DNA of 64,000 nucleotides from Octopus vulgaris (GCA_951406725.2 OX597833.1:69936001-70000000); one strand, 5' to 3'; counted from the first letter of the stretch, positions 31,277 through 46,909 are shown. A program made the numbers and translations. The notes: generated by a model from the sequence alone, not told the origin.

Positions 31277-31659
31277 GTGGAAGCACTCCGTCGGTTACGA
31301 CGACGAGGGTTCCGGTTGATCCGAATCAACGGAACAGCCTGCTCGTGAAATTAACGTGTAAGTGGCTGAGCACTCCACAGACACGTGTACCCTTAACGTA
31401 GTTCTTGGGGATATTCAGCGTGACACAGAGAGTGACAAGGCCGGCCCTTTGAAATACAGGTACAACAGAAACAGGAAGTAAGAGTGAGAGAAAGTTGTGG
31501 TGAAAAAGTACAGCAGGGATCACCAACAGCCCTGCCGGAGCCTCGTGGAGCTTTAGGTATTTTCGCTCAATAAATACTCACAACGTCCGTTCTGGGAATC
31601 GAAACTGCTATCCTATGACCGCGAGTCCGCTGCCCTAACCACTGGGCCATTGCACCTCC
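31277..31659 (-). mobile_element. tRNA-derived SINE family 3, full length, 11 bp TSD
   Basis: Head ggaggtgcaatggcccagtggttagggcagcggactcgcgg..gtttcgattccc; TSD atacataatat at 31266-31276 and 31660-31670. Confidence 0.9.
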
Positions 31660-32117
31660 ATACATAATATACATATATAACGCAATCCCAACCTCGGCTG
31701 GATTCGAAAGCGGAAAGTAAGGCACTATTATAAGATATTGACGACTGCATTATATCGGACTTACAATTGCTTGTGCTAATTCACTTGAGAAAGTAAATAA
31801 TTAGCCAGAAATACAATGAATGAAAAAAAAATACAGCATCACAGATAGTGGAGCTGATTCAGCAACCAAACACTGGCTTTGTTGTATCTATTCAAAGAAT
31901 ATTGTTATCTCTATTATTCCAGCGAGAAGGTCGGTTTCTAAGTACACCAACGAACGCTTATATTTTTAGACACCAGGCTAATTACATAGAATTACTTGCC
32001 AGCCAATCGATTTCTCCTACTTCATAATTTCTCTTCCTGTTTTGTAAGCCTTCTGTACTATAAACTCGGTAACAAACTTCGTCAAGAACATCAACCTACT
32101 TATAAATAAATAAATCA

Positions 32118-32158
<41 letters not shown>

Positions 32159-32225
32159 ACATACTTACACAATTTTATATATGTATATATGAGTCAGTTT
32201 GGTCAGGCATTCATTTCATGTATGC

Positions 32226-32278
<53 letters not shown>

Positions 32279-32437
32279 ATCCAAACAAGAAAGCACAAAA
32301 AAACACAACAACCCGAGGACGTGGAAGAAATATATTTTTATATTTATATGATTTATATATATATATATATATATATGCACACATATGTGCCTACATATAA
32401 TTTTTATGCACACATATATGTGTACACATATATATTC

Positions 32438-32475
<38 letters not shown>

Positions 32476-32577
32476 GTGTACATATGATTTTTATATTTGT
32501 ATATATATATATATTTATTTTTATGTATATTTATATATATCTATATATATTTATATATATATATAAATACAAATATA

Positions 32578-32610
<33 letters not shown>

Positions 32611-32636
32611 GAATATACATACATATGTACATTTAT

Positions 32637-32711
<75 letters not shown>

Positions 32712-33328
32712 ATATATATATATATATATATATGCGTGAACGTCCTATGCATATCTATGTATATACACAGATGAATATTTATATATACATATATATATAT
32801 ATGTGTTTGTGTGTCTCCTTTTCTGTCTGTCTGTCTGTCTGTCTGTCTGAGAGTGAATATACGCTAGAAAGCCACAAAACGCTATTTGTCTTGAAAAAGC
32901 GCTGACGCAGGAACCTAGTTGTACTAATTCCATCCACGCTACAAACACGTTTCTCTGCGGTTTAGCACCGCACTCTTCTCTATGCTAAGTTCTCTCAACA
33001 CAAATACCGCCATTTTGTGGCTTTTTTTTATAGCATTCGTGAAGTATAATATCTAGAGCGCCATTCTGGAAAAACACTACGTCCGTCGTTTATAACGAAT
33101 ATGAATATATGTGTGGGTATATGCATGGGTCTTTCAAGTTGTGCGGTTGAGTGGTTAGGTTTTTGCATTCAATTACTACGAGATCATGGTTTCGATTCCC
33201 AGAATGGCTGCACATTGAGTCTTTGAGCGACACACTTCATTTCACTCTGGTCTAATCCTCTCAGCCAGGTTGGGGAATAGTGGCCTGCATGCTTAGCGAG
33301 CTGGGTAGCATTTTATATATATATATAC

Positions 33329-33645
33329 ATGCTGGAGTACCGCCAATAGTCGAGCAAAATCGAGCCCAGTACTTATTCTATCCATCACATCTACCGAACC
33401 GCTAAGTTATGGGGACGTAAACACACCAGCATCGGTTGTCAATCGATGTTGGGGGTGGGGTACAAACAGACACACAGACACATACACACACATATATATA
33501 CATATTCGACGGGCTTCTTGCAGTTTCCGTTTACCAAATCCACTCACACGATTTTGGTCGGCCCGAAGCTATAGTAGAAGACACTTACTGAACCCGAGAC
33601 CATGTGGTTGGTAAGCAAGCTACTCACCACACAGCCACTCCTGCG

Positions 33646-33647
<2 letters not shown>
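33329..33647 (-). mobile_element. SINE family 1 with small deletions
   Basis: Matches the family 1 head and body. Confidence 0.85.
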
Positions 33648-33698
<51 letters not shown>

Positions 33699-33809
33699 GG
33701 CTTTCTAGCGTATATTCATACTCAGAGACAGACACACACACACACATATATATATGTATATATAAATATTCATGTGTGTATTTACATAGACATGCATAGG
33801 ACGTTCACG

Positions 33810-33852
<43 letters not shown>

Positions 33853-33877
33853 TAAATGTACATATGTATGTATATTC

Positions 33878-33911
<34 letters not shown>

Positions 33912-33978
33912 TTATATATATATATAAATATATATATATACACACATATATATATATATATATATATAATATATATAT

Positions 33979-34019
<41 letters not shown>

Positions 34020-34648
34020 TATACATATATATATGTATATATATAATGTATGTGTATATATATACATACACATTTATATATATATATATATATACATTTA
34101 TATATATATATATAATAGGTAGATAGGTAGACATAAAATCCTTTTTCCTTTCACATATTATTTTGAAGACAAGATTGTGATCGGAATCAATCTTTGTCTT
34201 AGAATTTCTTTGACGATCCATTGTATGTAGTTTGGAGCAGTAACACTTGGAAGTCCATTAACGTTTCTAGAACCTTCTTCACTCAACTTTTCGGCGCGTT
34301 GGCGTTGCGTTTCATAATGGACAACAAGTGCTTACAGCTCTTATGTAATTGCCATAAAATCAACAACAACAAATTTAAAATTGTATCAGAAAACTATTGT
34401 GTTCTGTTAAACTGTATTTTGTGTGTTACAATATCATTTCTTTCGATCTTGTGAAACCTACTGCAGAATGCAGCATCAGCGCATCATCACATTCATTAAT
34501 CTATGCAGTAGAATAGGAACCATGGAATTGGAAATTTATTGGGCCTCTTAGAATTAATATGGAGACAGCGAAATAGTGTAATTGAAAGATTAGTCTTAAG
34601 CTGAATCATGCTATCAATAATGTTTTACCCACACATGCATATATATAA

Positions 34649-34694
<46 letters not shown>

Positions 34695-34918
34695 ACACAC
34701 ACACACATACACACGCACACAAACACACACACATATATATATATATATGTATTTATTTATTTTATTTTATTTTATCTAGTTTCAGCTCACGAGCTGTGGC
34801 CATACTGGGGCACCGCCATTTGGTGTTGCTACATGATTTTACTTCACGAATGCTTTTTAGCAATTGCCATTTGGTGCATGAGAGAGTTCGATGCAGCTGC
34901 CCTCATCTGCACCTCCTG

Positions 34919-34962
<44 letters not shown>

Positions 34963-35139
34963 TATTATTTTTTTGACTATTTATTAAAATTTTATGTATT
35001 GATTAAGTCTTTCCTTGTTTGTTTTGCAAAATAGTGGTTTTGTCTCTAATAATATTTTATAATATTTTACTATAAAATTGGATTTAATCCTAAATCTGAT
35101 TTTTTCCCTGTAAATTTGGATTTATTCCCTAATATTTAT

Positions 35140-35179
<40 letters not shown>

Positions 35180-35180
<1 letters not shown>

Positions 35181-35491
35181 GGAGGCGCAATGGCCCAGTG
35201 GTTAGGGTAGCGGACTCGCGGTTGTAGGATCGCGGTTTGGATTCCCAGACCGGGTGGTGTGAGTGTTTATTGAACGAAAACACCTAAAGTTCCACAAGGC
35301 GTCGGCAAGGGGGTAGTAGTGTACTCTTTCACCACAAACTTTCTCTCACTCTTTCTTCCTGTTTCTGTTGTACCTGTATTTTAAAGAATCAGCATTGTCA
35401 GACTCTGTATCACGCTGAATCTCCCCGAGAACTACATTAAGGGTACAGGTGTCTGTGGAGTGCTCAGCCACTTGTTGTAATCGACGGAGTG
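35180..35491 (+). mobile_element. SINE family 3 with internal deletions
   Basis: Matches 31277-31659 in reverse complement. Confidence 0.85.
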
Positions 35492-35548
35492 CGAGCTGGC
35501 AGAAACGTTAGCATGTGTGTGTGTGTTTGTGTGTGCGTGTGCGTGTGC

Positions 35549-35585
<37 letters not shown>

Positions 35586-35794
35586 TCCGTCTTCTGTGTG
35601 TATTGCGGTTCCGCAAAGAGACCCATAGAATATGTACTAGGCTTACAAAGAATAAATTCTGGGGTGAATTTGTTCGATTAAATGCGGTGCTCCAGCATGG
35701 CCGCAGTCAAATGACTGAAACAAGTAAAAGAATATATATAGAAAGAGAGGTTGAATGAGAGAGATAAATACGTATATATATATAAATACATAAA

Positions 35795-35833
<39 letters not shown>

Positions 35834-35845
35834 TTTCTTTTTTCT

Positions 35846-35987
35846 TTTGTTTCAGGCATTTGACTGCGGCCATGGTCGGTCCAGGGCTATAGCAGAAGAC
35901 ACTTGCCCAAGATGCTACGCAGTGGGACTGAACCCGGAACCATGTGGTTGGTTAGCAAGCTACTTACCACACACCCACTCCTGCGCC
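35846..35987 (-). mobile_element. SINE family 1, internally deleted (head fused to tail)
   Basis: Junction gcggccatg|gtcggtccagggct. Confidence 0.8.
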
Positions 35988-36062
35988 TATATATATATAC
36001 ATAAATAATTATATATGTATATACTCTTACATATATGTGTATGCATGTGTGTATATGTGTGC

Positions 36063-36144
<82 letters not shown>

Positions 36145-36624
36145 CTACGTTATATTTTACACACACAAGGATACGTAAACACACACGCACACACACATAT
36201 GTACATACAGGCATACTTGTGAGGGATGATGATGCGCATGTGGGTGTCTGTTTCACACATTGGTACCGAAAGCTCTTCTCCGTACTTAAATTTGATGCTG
36301 CAAAGCCACAGATTTATCTCGACACGAAAAGAATCATTTTTTTTTTTTTTGTTTCTAATCAAAGTGATGCAAGATTCACGATAAACAAGAATAGACTGGA
36401 TACATTCTGAATTTCTTTGGGCGAAAGATCAATATCGGTTGATTATCAAAAGTCGTGGCGGATAATGAGTGAAGCAATTAGTGCAATCAACGTAAACAAA
36501 AAGATCGGAGGGGGGTTTGTAAAATCGATATTCGGTAAATAGTTTTGTCTTTGATAAAAGAGAATCAGAACCAAGGTGTTTGAGAAAGGAGATAGAGAAA
36601 GACGGATTAAGGTGACAACGAAGG

Positions 36625-37975
<1,351 letters not shown>

Positions 37976-38859
37976 CACGTTAACAATAGATTCTCATCAG
38001 CTCTTCTATTTCAAAGCTCTCCTATAAGACTCCGCAACAACCAAGACGAAAACCATAGTGTGCGTTGTATTCATACCAAACATCATAATAAATATATTTA
38101 AATTTCAAGTTATATTTTTTTCTCTTTTTCTACCTTTCTTGATCAAGGTTGTATTGTGTGAAAAACCTAGGTGGCAATGTCATGAATATTTCAGACGTTG
38201 TCATTTGTTCCATTTGAAAAGGAACGATAATCAACGAAATTCTTCAGAATTTAACGACGCCAAGTTTGTGTGATGGAAACAATATCTTCGTTTCCACACC
38301 GTCATATTCTAAACCACTTATTATTTTCTCTATGGTTTGAAGTCCTAAGCTGTCAGCCATCTTGGAAAATCTCCAAAAATGTTGTAGTATCTTGTTTGAA
38401 ATTATAAATGATTTTCTTTCATGTAATGTCACTTCAAAGATAATAGGAAATATATGAAAGTCTTTTATATCAACTTATTGGATTGTTGTTGTTGCTGCTG
38501 TTGTTGCTATTTCTATAGTTTTTATGTTGGCTTTTTCACTATATTTTTTTCGCTTCAAAATTTCCTATTTCTTATCTATTAATAGCACTTCCGGTTGTAT
38601 GCGAAATATCTTTTAACTGGTTCCTCCTATTATGTTCTAATTCATCGTTGATGATATATGATGTACTTGTGTATGTATATATGCATGTATGTATGTATGT
38701 ATGTATGTATGTATGTATGTATATATGTATGTAAGTATGTATGTATGTATATATATATATATGCACATATGTGAATGTATAAATACATATATACATATAT
38801 ATATGCACATATGTGTATGTATAAATATATATATATACATATATATATGCACACATATA

Positions 38860-38904
<45 letters not shown>

Positions 38905-39032
38905 CATGAATGTATGCATATATATATATATGCTTGTACGTTATATTTATATATGTGTGTGTCTGTGTATGACTCTGTGTGCATGAATATATATACATAT
39001 ATATGTGTCTGTATATGACTCTGTGTGCATGA

Positions 39033-39073
<41 letters not shown>

Positions 39074-39278
39074 TATGCGTGCACTCATGGTTGTACAATT
39101 GTGGTTTCGGTTCCTAGACCAGAGCATTCGAAGTCTCGTCCTGCCGAGAAATATATGCATTACAACATCCGAAAAACGGTCCCTATGAACCTATGGTTCG
39201 GGAAGGACCTTTGATCGTTTTACATACACATACACATATTCATATATACATATATATGTGTGTGTGTGTGTGTGTGTG

Positions 39279-39325
<47 letters not shown>

Positions 39326-39344
39326 AATTAAAAAAGGAAAATAC

Positions 39345-39864
39345 GCACACTTACATAGTTTTAATATAATTTTTAATATATTGAGCAGCAAGAAGGAAAC
39401 CACTTCTTCGACCATCCAATATCAAGCGGAGAAAAGACAGAGCCAGCGAGATGGCGGGGAGGCCACTAGCACTTTGGGGCACTGTCAAATTCTCTGATGA
39501 GTCCAGATTTGGTGTATTTTCTAACAGTTGTCGAGTTTGGGTCTGGAATATCTGTGATCAAAATTTTCACGTGAATATATTGCAACCAACAATGAAACAC
39601 AGCGACTTTCCTGTGAGGATCTGAGGAGCAATTTAGAGCAATGGTCGATTAGAGCCGGTGGAGTTTGAGGGAAACATAAACTCAGATAAATGTGTCCATA
39701 TTGCAAAAAAGATTCCTTACAATCTTCTCCAGTGGTGAAATGATTAAAGAAAACTCTTTATTTATACAGGATGTGGCTTCTTGTCTCTCAACTGTTTGGA
39801 AGGGAATGGCATAAAAAAGCTCCCATGGTAAAGCTAGTCACCAGATATGAGCCTTTTCGAAACA
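39345..39864 (+). pseudogene. Degenerate Tc1-family transposase
   Basis: Hand translation: AARRKPLLRPSNIKRRK..WGTVKFSDESRF..QPTMKH..FIQDVASC..LPW*S*SPDMSLFE, matching Tc1 FSDES / QDNA / WPxxSPDLNPIE motifs with stops and frameshifts. Confidence 0.8.
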
Positions 39865-40060
39865 CGGAATTTTGTCAGTGAACAGGTCGCGGTCTGAAAG
39901 CGACGAATATATTTTGACAAATTAAATTTAAATGTTGATGTGAATCTAACGGATTTTGTGTGATTCTTAAATGGCTTATAAACACCTTCCACACTGCAAT
40001 TGTTTTCGTTCCAGCACACGATCTCAGATCAGGTCTCTTAAGTACATCTCCGTATAATGA

Positions 40061-40103
<43 letters not shown>

Positions 40104-40106
40104 TGC

Positions 40107-40153
<47 letters not shown>

Positions 40154-40200
40154 CATACATACATTTATATATATATATATGTATGTATATATATATTTAT

Positions 40201-40231
<31 letters not shown>

Positions 40232-40386
40232 CATACATACATGTATATATATTTAATTATAAATGTATGTGTATACAAACACGCACACACACACACATAT
40301 ATATATATATACTATTTTACTTGCTTCAGTCATTTGACTGCGGCCATGCTGGAGCACAGCCTTTAGTCGAACGAATCGACCCCAGG

Positions 40387-40452
<66 letters not shown>

Positions 40453-41329
40453 TATATATATGCATATGTACTGCGCAGTGGGGGATTGATAAAGTTTCCA
40501 AGGGTAAATTATGAAATTCAGTTGCATTCAAGGAAATTCATTGTTCTAGGTATTCAAATATTTACATTTACAACCGTAATGAAAGTCTGATTACAATTGA
40601 AAATGTGTGCACCATGTTGATCTTTGGTTGAGTGTTGCATCACTTTACATGTCATTGTCGAATGCGCTATTCATTTCAGTTCATTACGTAATAGATTTAA
40701 TAATGCATTCAAACAAATTGACACCATTGTCTGTGGAGATTTCTATCGAATTATTGGGGCTACGCAGCTCAATGAATCATTTTTGTGCCGATTCTTTCAG
40801 GCTCGTTGTATTTTAAACGGTATACAATGAAAATTTTTTTCATTTTTCTCACTTGGATTTTCTTTGTGCGTCTTCAAGTCGTCTCTTTTGTCAATTTGCT
40901 CTCCGTTTCATTATTTTACGCTTATTCACGATTATTTTCTGCAAGTATTTTGTTACCAGTCATTATTGCCTTTCAATGAACTATGATAAGAATTATTGTT
41001 TCTTTCTAAGATTTATTTCTAATAATCTTTGTTGCGGCATTTCTTTTGATTTAAATATATGGCTATTTCATCTTAAATCTCTTCATATTTTAAAGCTAAT
41101 TGTAACGTGTATATATATATATATATATACATATATAATGAAGGGTGAAATTAATTAATTTGGAATAATTATCAATTACACCAAGTAGTCTTCGGCATGT
41201 AAAAGCCTCATATATATATATATATAAAGTTCAGTAAAAATTTAGATTCAGTTGCATATGGTACTTAAGTTAAAGGCACCAGAATTTGGTATGGTATTAT
41301 CCATATAATTCAAAATGCGGTGATTATAA

Positions 41330-41456
41330 TCAAGATAAGCAACAAGGATATCCAAAGTTAATGAAGTACGATCGTTTCATGCGACTCCATTTAAATTAAA
41401 TGGAGTCGCATGAAACGATCGTACTGCATTATCTTTGCATATCCTTGTTGCTTATT

Positions 41457-41460
<4 letters not shown>
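41330..41460. repeat. 131 bp near-perfect palindrome centred on 41395
   Basis: Perfect core agtacgatcgtttcatgcgactccatttaa-a-ttaaatggagtcgcatgaaacgatcgtact, with a few mismatches in the outer arms. Confidence 0.95.
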
Positions 41461-41528
<68 letters not shown>

Positions 41529-42524
41529 TAAATTTCAATTCGAGAAAATGGATTCAACAGGCTTTTTTAGAAATCCCAACAATTGTTTCAGCGCACCACT
41601 ACCAGCTGGTAATTGCTGATTGTTTCATATATTCAATGCATAATTGCATTAATGAGATTGGTTGTATGCATGCGTCTCCTCAGCTGAGTTGGGTCCATCA
41701 AACAGAATTCCTAGAGATTGTTGTCCAAGATCTTCGTGATCCGAGTTCAGATCCCGCTGTGGCATGCATGGCTGGCAGAATTAAACCTTCGTCTGGATTG
41801 CGTAAACGTCTAAAATTTTGTTGCATTTAGCAGGATCTACTCAGTTGCAAGCATTGAGGCACGAAAACTAAACTGAAGAAAATATGCACCGCATTTTTGA
41901 AGCCCCGTAAAATCTATTCCCCCCTACTCTTATTTTCAGTTTAAATCACGGGGGTAAAATGAAAATCTCAAATGTATTTATTTTTTCTGCAGAACATTGC
42001 ATTACAAAATTGATCCTCTTAATTTCATGCCCTGACCGCGTCAAGGGTTTTCACAGTTTCAATCTAAATATATTCGTTCACAAATATTTAGTCGAGTTCC
42101 AGAATAAAAGGAAACTAAGCTGTCCTTTATATCTTTCAAACTTAAGACTTGAAGATTGTGAGGTGAACGTCTTAGCCATTCAAACATATATGCGAGAACA
42201 AGTAGAGGCTGATTGTAAGAAATTTGTTAAATACATTGAGACCACTAAACAGATAACGATTATTTGATTACCTTACGGCATTGGCTTGGTCGGTTTCCAA
42301 ATTTTCGTCTAGTCACAAGAAAGTAGTGTGAAGGAAACAAAATATACTTGCTTAATCAACAAATAGTAAATGTTGAATCGTTTGGTTACATTAGTATAAG
42401 TACACGTAAGTTAGTACATCGTATATCTACGTAAGTTAGTATATCGTGGGGCGAAGTGGAAGAAGAAGATATCCTTTCAAAATTTAGTAAGTAAAAAATA
42501 CAAATATTCTTTTATTTTCTTTCT

Positions 42525-42721
42525 TTCATTTGTTTCTGTCATTTGACTGCGACCATGCTGGAGCACCGCCTTTAGTCGAACAAATCTACCCGAGGACTTA
42601 TTCTTTGTTAATCTAGTACTTATTCTATCGGTCTCTTTTGCCGAACCACTAAGTTACTGAGACGTAAACACGCCAACATCGGTTGTCAAGCGGTGGTGGT
42701 GGCGGGACAAGCACAGACACA
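42525..42721 (-). mobile_element. SINE family 1, 3' half
   Basis: Tail and body up to the internal microsatellite. Confidence 0.85.
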
Positions 42722-42834
42722 AAAACATACAAACATATAGAAATATAGAAATATAGAACAACTATTCACACGAAATCATACAGTCTCCATAACTTACGTC
42801 AATATTACCAGGCGTTAATATTTGACGGCGTTAA

Positions 42835-43260
42835 GGCGGTGAGCTGGCAGAAACGTTAGCACGCCGGGCAAAATGCTCAGAGGTATTTCGTCTGTCTTTA
42901 TGTTCTGAGTTCAAATTCCGCTGAGATCGACTTTGCCTTTCATCCTTTCGGGGTCGATTAAATAAGAACCAGTTACGCACTGGATTCGATGTAATCGACT
43001 TAATCCGTTTGTCTGTACTAGTTTGTCCCCTCTGTGTTTAGCCCCTTGTGGGTAGTAAAGAAATAGGTATTTCGTCTGTCTTTACGTTCTGAGTTCAAAT
43101 TCCGCCGAGATCGGCATTCCCTTTCATCCTTTCGAGGTCGATAAATTATGTATTTTATAAATTATTAAGTACCAGTTGCGTACTGCGGTCGCCCTAATCC
43201 ACTTGGGCCCCCCCGCCAAAAAAAAAATTCGGGCGTTGTGCCTAGAGTAGAAAAGAATAT
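42835..43260 (+). mobile_element. SINE family 2 dimer, second unit with an alternative tail
   Basis: Second unit ends ..cccccc..aaaattcgggcgttgtgcctagagtagaaaagaatat. Confidence 0.9.
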
Positions 43261-43609
43261 TTCCCGGCGTAAACTTTGTGAATTTACCTCTTAATGGAAA
43301 TGACTGTTATTGCTTCCTGTCGTTACGGTTGATTCTTCTGTAGTAATGTTTTCAACGAGTTCTTCTTGGAGCAATTTTGTATGTGTTCTTTGTATTCCTC
43401 CACCTTAATCAATGAATCAAAAGAATTCTTCGCAAGTGTTGATTCCCTCTGAGTCTGTTATTTTCATTCAGTCCTTTACACAAGTTCAGAATATTTGTAT
43501 TTTTGTATTTCTGTAACTCTAACGCATGCACACACACACCGAAAAATAGATAGATAGATAGATAGTTAGTTAGATAGATACATAGAAAGATAGATAGATA
43601 GATAGATAC

Positions 43610-43694
<85 letters not shown>

Positions 43695-43813
43695 CAGACA
43701 GATACAGATAGATAGATAGATAGATACATATATAGACATATATGTAAAAATGAAAGTAGTTATGTGTATATACATATGTATATATATATATATATGATTA
43801 TATACATACATAT

Positions 43814-43848
<35 letters not shown>

Positions 43849-43864
43849 CATACATATGAGGATA

Positions 43865-43899
<35 letters not shown>

Positions 43900-44332
43900 G
43901 AGGATATATATATATATATATATATGTGAAGATATATTTATATATACATACGAGGATATATATATATATATATATGTTAAATCTACTCACACATGTATGT
44001 ATAAAATTATGTGTGTATTTATAAATCTGTGTGTGTGTGTGAGAGAGAGTGTGTGTAACTGTGTGTACGTATGGATATATTATTTCCATATATGCACACA
44101 TCACATATATTTGTCATCGAGCACTTCAATGTTCTGTGAGATTATTTCATTTTGCAATTTCCTTTCTGCTAAGCTCCATTTCCGTTTTTCACAAAGAAAA
44201 ACCGTAAAGCAGAAAAAAATCACAAAATCATAAATAAAAACAACACAAATTGGGAGCAAAACTATCATATTATCATATTTCTGATTATTAATAATAATAA
44301 TAACAGTTTTAAGCATTATTACTATCAACAGT

Positions 44333-44384
<52 letters not shown>

Positions 44385-44855
44385 TTGATTTTCCTCATGG
44401 TCTATCGTGGTGTTCTCTCTTCTGATCAAGATGTACATTATTGTGTGGATGGAGTCTCTATTCTTAATATTTACCAATCTTCCATCTTTCATTTATGTTC
44501 ATTTCGGAATTTCTTTTGTATATCAATCATACGGTGTTTTCGTATTCGCTTCAATCTTAGCGCGATCTTACTTGTGTTTTATGATGTTTTTTCCTTCTTT
44601 TTTTTTTGTTTGTTTCTTTTATGTTGGATTTTTTTCGGTTTTTTTTTGTATTTTTATCTGAGTGTTTGTTTAGCTTTTTTTTCTTTTCTTTTCTTATGTA
44701 TGTGTTTTGAAGTTGTACGTTTTTTTTGTTTTTGTTTTTTTTAATTATTTGCTTCACTCCGTCAATATAGACTCGTTAATAAACTTACTTTCTCCTGGTA
44801 TATCTGATCAATTTCTTTTGCATCTTTCACTTAAAAACAGAAAACATATATGGTA

Positions 44856-44911
<56 letters not shown>

Positions 44912-45358
44912 TTACACATATATATTTATATATATGTGTGTATATATATATATATATGTATGTATGTATGTATGTATGCATTTACACATATATATTTATA
45001 TATATATATGTATATATATACATATATGTACATATGTATTTACATATATATAGACACACATATATACAGACACACACACATACACATATATATATATATA
45101 TATACAATAGTATAGTGGGGTAGGCCGGAACGATCCTATATATATATATGTGTAAAGATGTCTTTGTGTATATACAAATATAACACACGGGCACACATAC
45201 ACAAGCACGTACTTTGATGTAAATATATCCATATGTTTGAGTGGGTGAGTATGTGAGTGTGTATGCATATATGCGTGTGTGACTGTATCTACATGCATTT
45301 TTATGCTTGCATGCATATAAACATTTATGTGTAGATCTATGTATGTATATAAAAATAC

Positions 45359-45397
<39 letters not shown>

Positions 45398-45580
45398 TGT
45401 GCGCGTGTTTGTGTGAGTGCGTGTGAGAGAGTTAGTGTAGCGTATACTTCCGTGGGAGTCTGTATGTATACTTGTATCATATGTCTCTATGTAGTCGTGC
45501 GTCTGTGCTTTTGTCTCTATAAACCTCTGTATATTTAACTACCTTTTTTCCTGGCTTCTTTTGCGAATTAAACCACTAAT

Positions 45581-45753
45581 ATTGCTTGATAACCGATGCT
45601 GGTGTGTTTATGTCCCCGTCACTTAGCGGTTCGGCAAAAGAGACCGATAGAATAAGTACTGGGCTTACAAAGAATAAGTTCCGGGGTCGAGTTGCTCGAT
45701 TAAAGGCGGTGCTCCAGAATGGCCGCAGTCAAATGATTGAAACAAGTAAAGAA
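45581..45753 (+). mobile_element. SINE family 1, 3' half
   Basis: Matches about 682-855. Confidence 0.85.
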
Positions 45754-46023
45754 AGATTAAAAATAAAAGTTATATGCATGCAAATGTGTATCCACCATGC
45801 AAACTATCCATGAATAGATACAGATATACATAGAGACATGTATGCTTACACATGTATGCTTAGAAACATGTACGCCTACACCAGCATACCCATACATGCA
45901 CGCATTCTTACATACAGGCATACGTCAACACTTCAACCCATCCATCCACCCATACAAACATATATACACATATATAGATATATATATATATGTGCGTGTG
46001 CGTGTGTGTGTATATATATATAT

Positions 46024-46233
46024 ACTCTTTTACTCCTTTACTTGTTTCAGTCATTTGACTGCGGCCATGCTGGAGCACCTCCTTTAATCGAGCAACTCAA
46101 CCCCGGAACTTATTCTTTTGTAAGCCCAGTACTTATTCTATCGGTCTGTTTTGCCGAACCGCTAAGTTACGGGGACATAAACACACCAGCATCGGTTGTC
46201 AGGCAATGCTAGGGCAACAAACACAGACACACA

Positions 46234-46279
<46 letters not shown>

Positions 46280-46429
46280 TACGACGAGCTTCTTTCAGTT
46301 TCCGTCTACCAAATCCACTCACAAGGCTTTGGTCGGCCCGAGGCTGTAGTAGAAGACACTTGCCCAAGGTGCCACGCAGTGGGACTGAACCCAGAACCAT
46401 GTCGTTGGTAAACAAGCTACTTACCACAC
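46024..46429 (-). mobile_element. SINE family 1, near full length
   Basis: Matches 459-864 in reverse complement. Confidence 0.9.
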
Positions 46430-46872
46430 AATCTGAATACTTGCATGTATACGTGGCACGCATTTTCAATGCAAATGTGCATATGTGCATGTATGTATGT
46501 AGACGTGCAAAGATGCATGTACTTATACCTTGGTCTTCAGAACGTATTTCAGTGGTTCGAATAATATATTAAAATCGCTCATGAATTATTATCAGCAGTT
46601 TGGCATCGATATATTTAATCAGCCGTGCCTTTCTCAAATACTTGTGTCGCCTTGTGTAGATTTTTCGAATTTGTAGATTCCACGGAAAGTGTTCTGCTGT
46701 GTTGACGATTATTTAATTAAAATGTTTCCGCAAAACTATATTGGAAAAATTCATTTGTACAAGAATATTGGGCAATATATTTTTCGTTGGTATATTTTTC
46801 TGGAATAATAGAGAGAGATAGTTAGGAGGGGATGGGTGGATGCATGCATGCATGAATGAATGGATGTATGGA

Positions 46873-46909
<37 letters not shown>

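Noticed and set aside
38958-39045. About 46 bp tandem duplication, and spaced motifs at 43850-43960, as CRISPR-like arrays
   Set aside because: Slippage products within TA/TG repeats with no unique spacers, in a eukaryotic context.
39494-39520. CTGATGAGTCC hammerhead-like core
   Set aside because: It encodes the Tc1 FSDES motif, and there is no matching GAAA or stems.
40470-41100. Possible transposon coding remnant
   Set aside because: No recognisable motif found by hand translation.
43548-43735. Other (GATA)n tracts (also 8375-8466 and 19240-19310) as LINE tails
   Set aside because: No Tx1 3' UTR is adjacent; these are unoccupied tracts.
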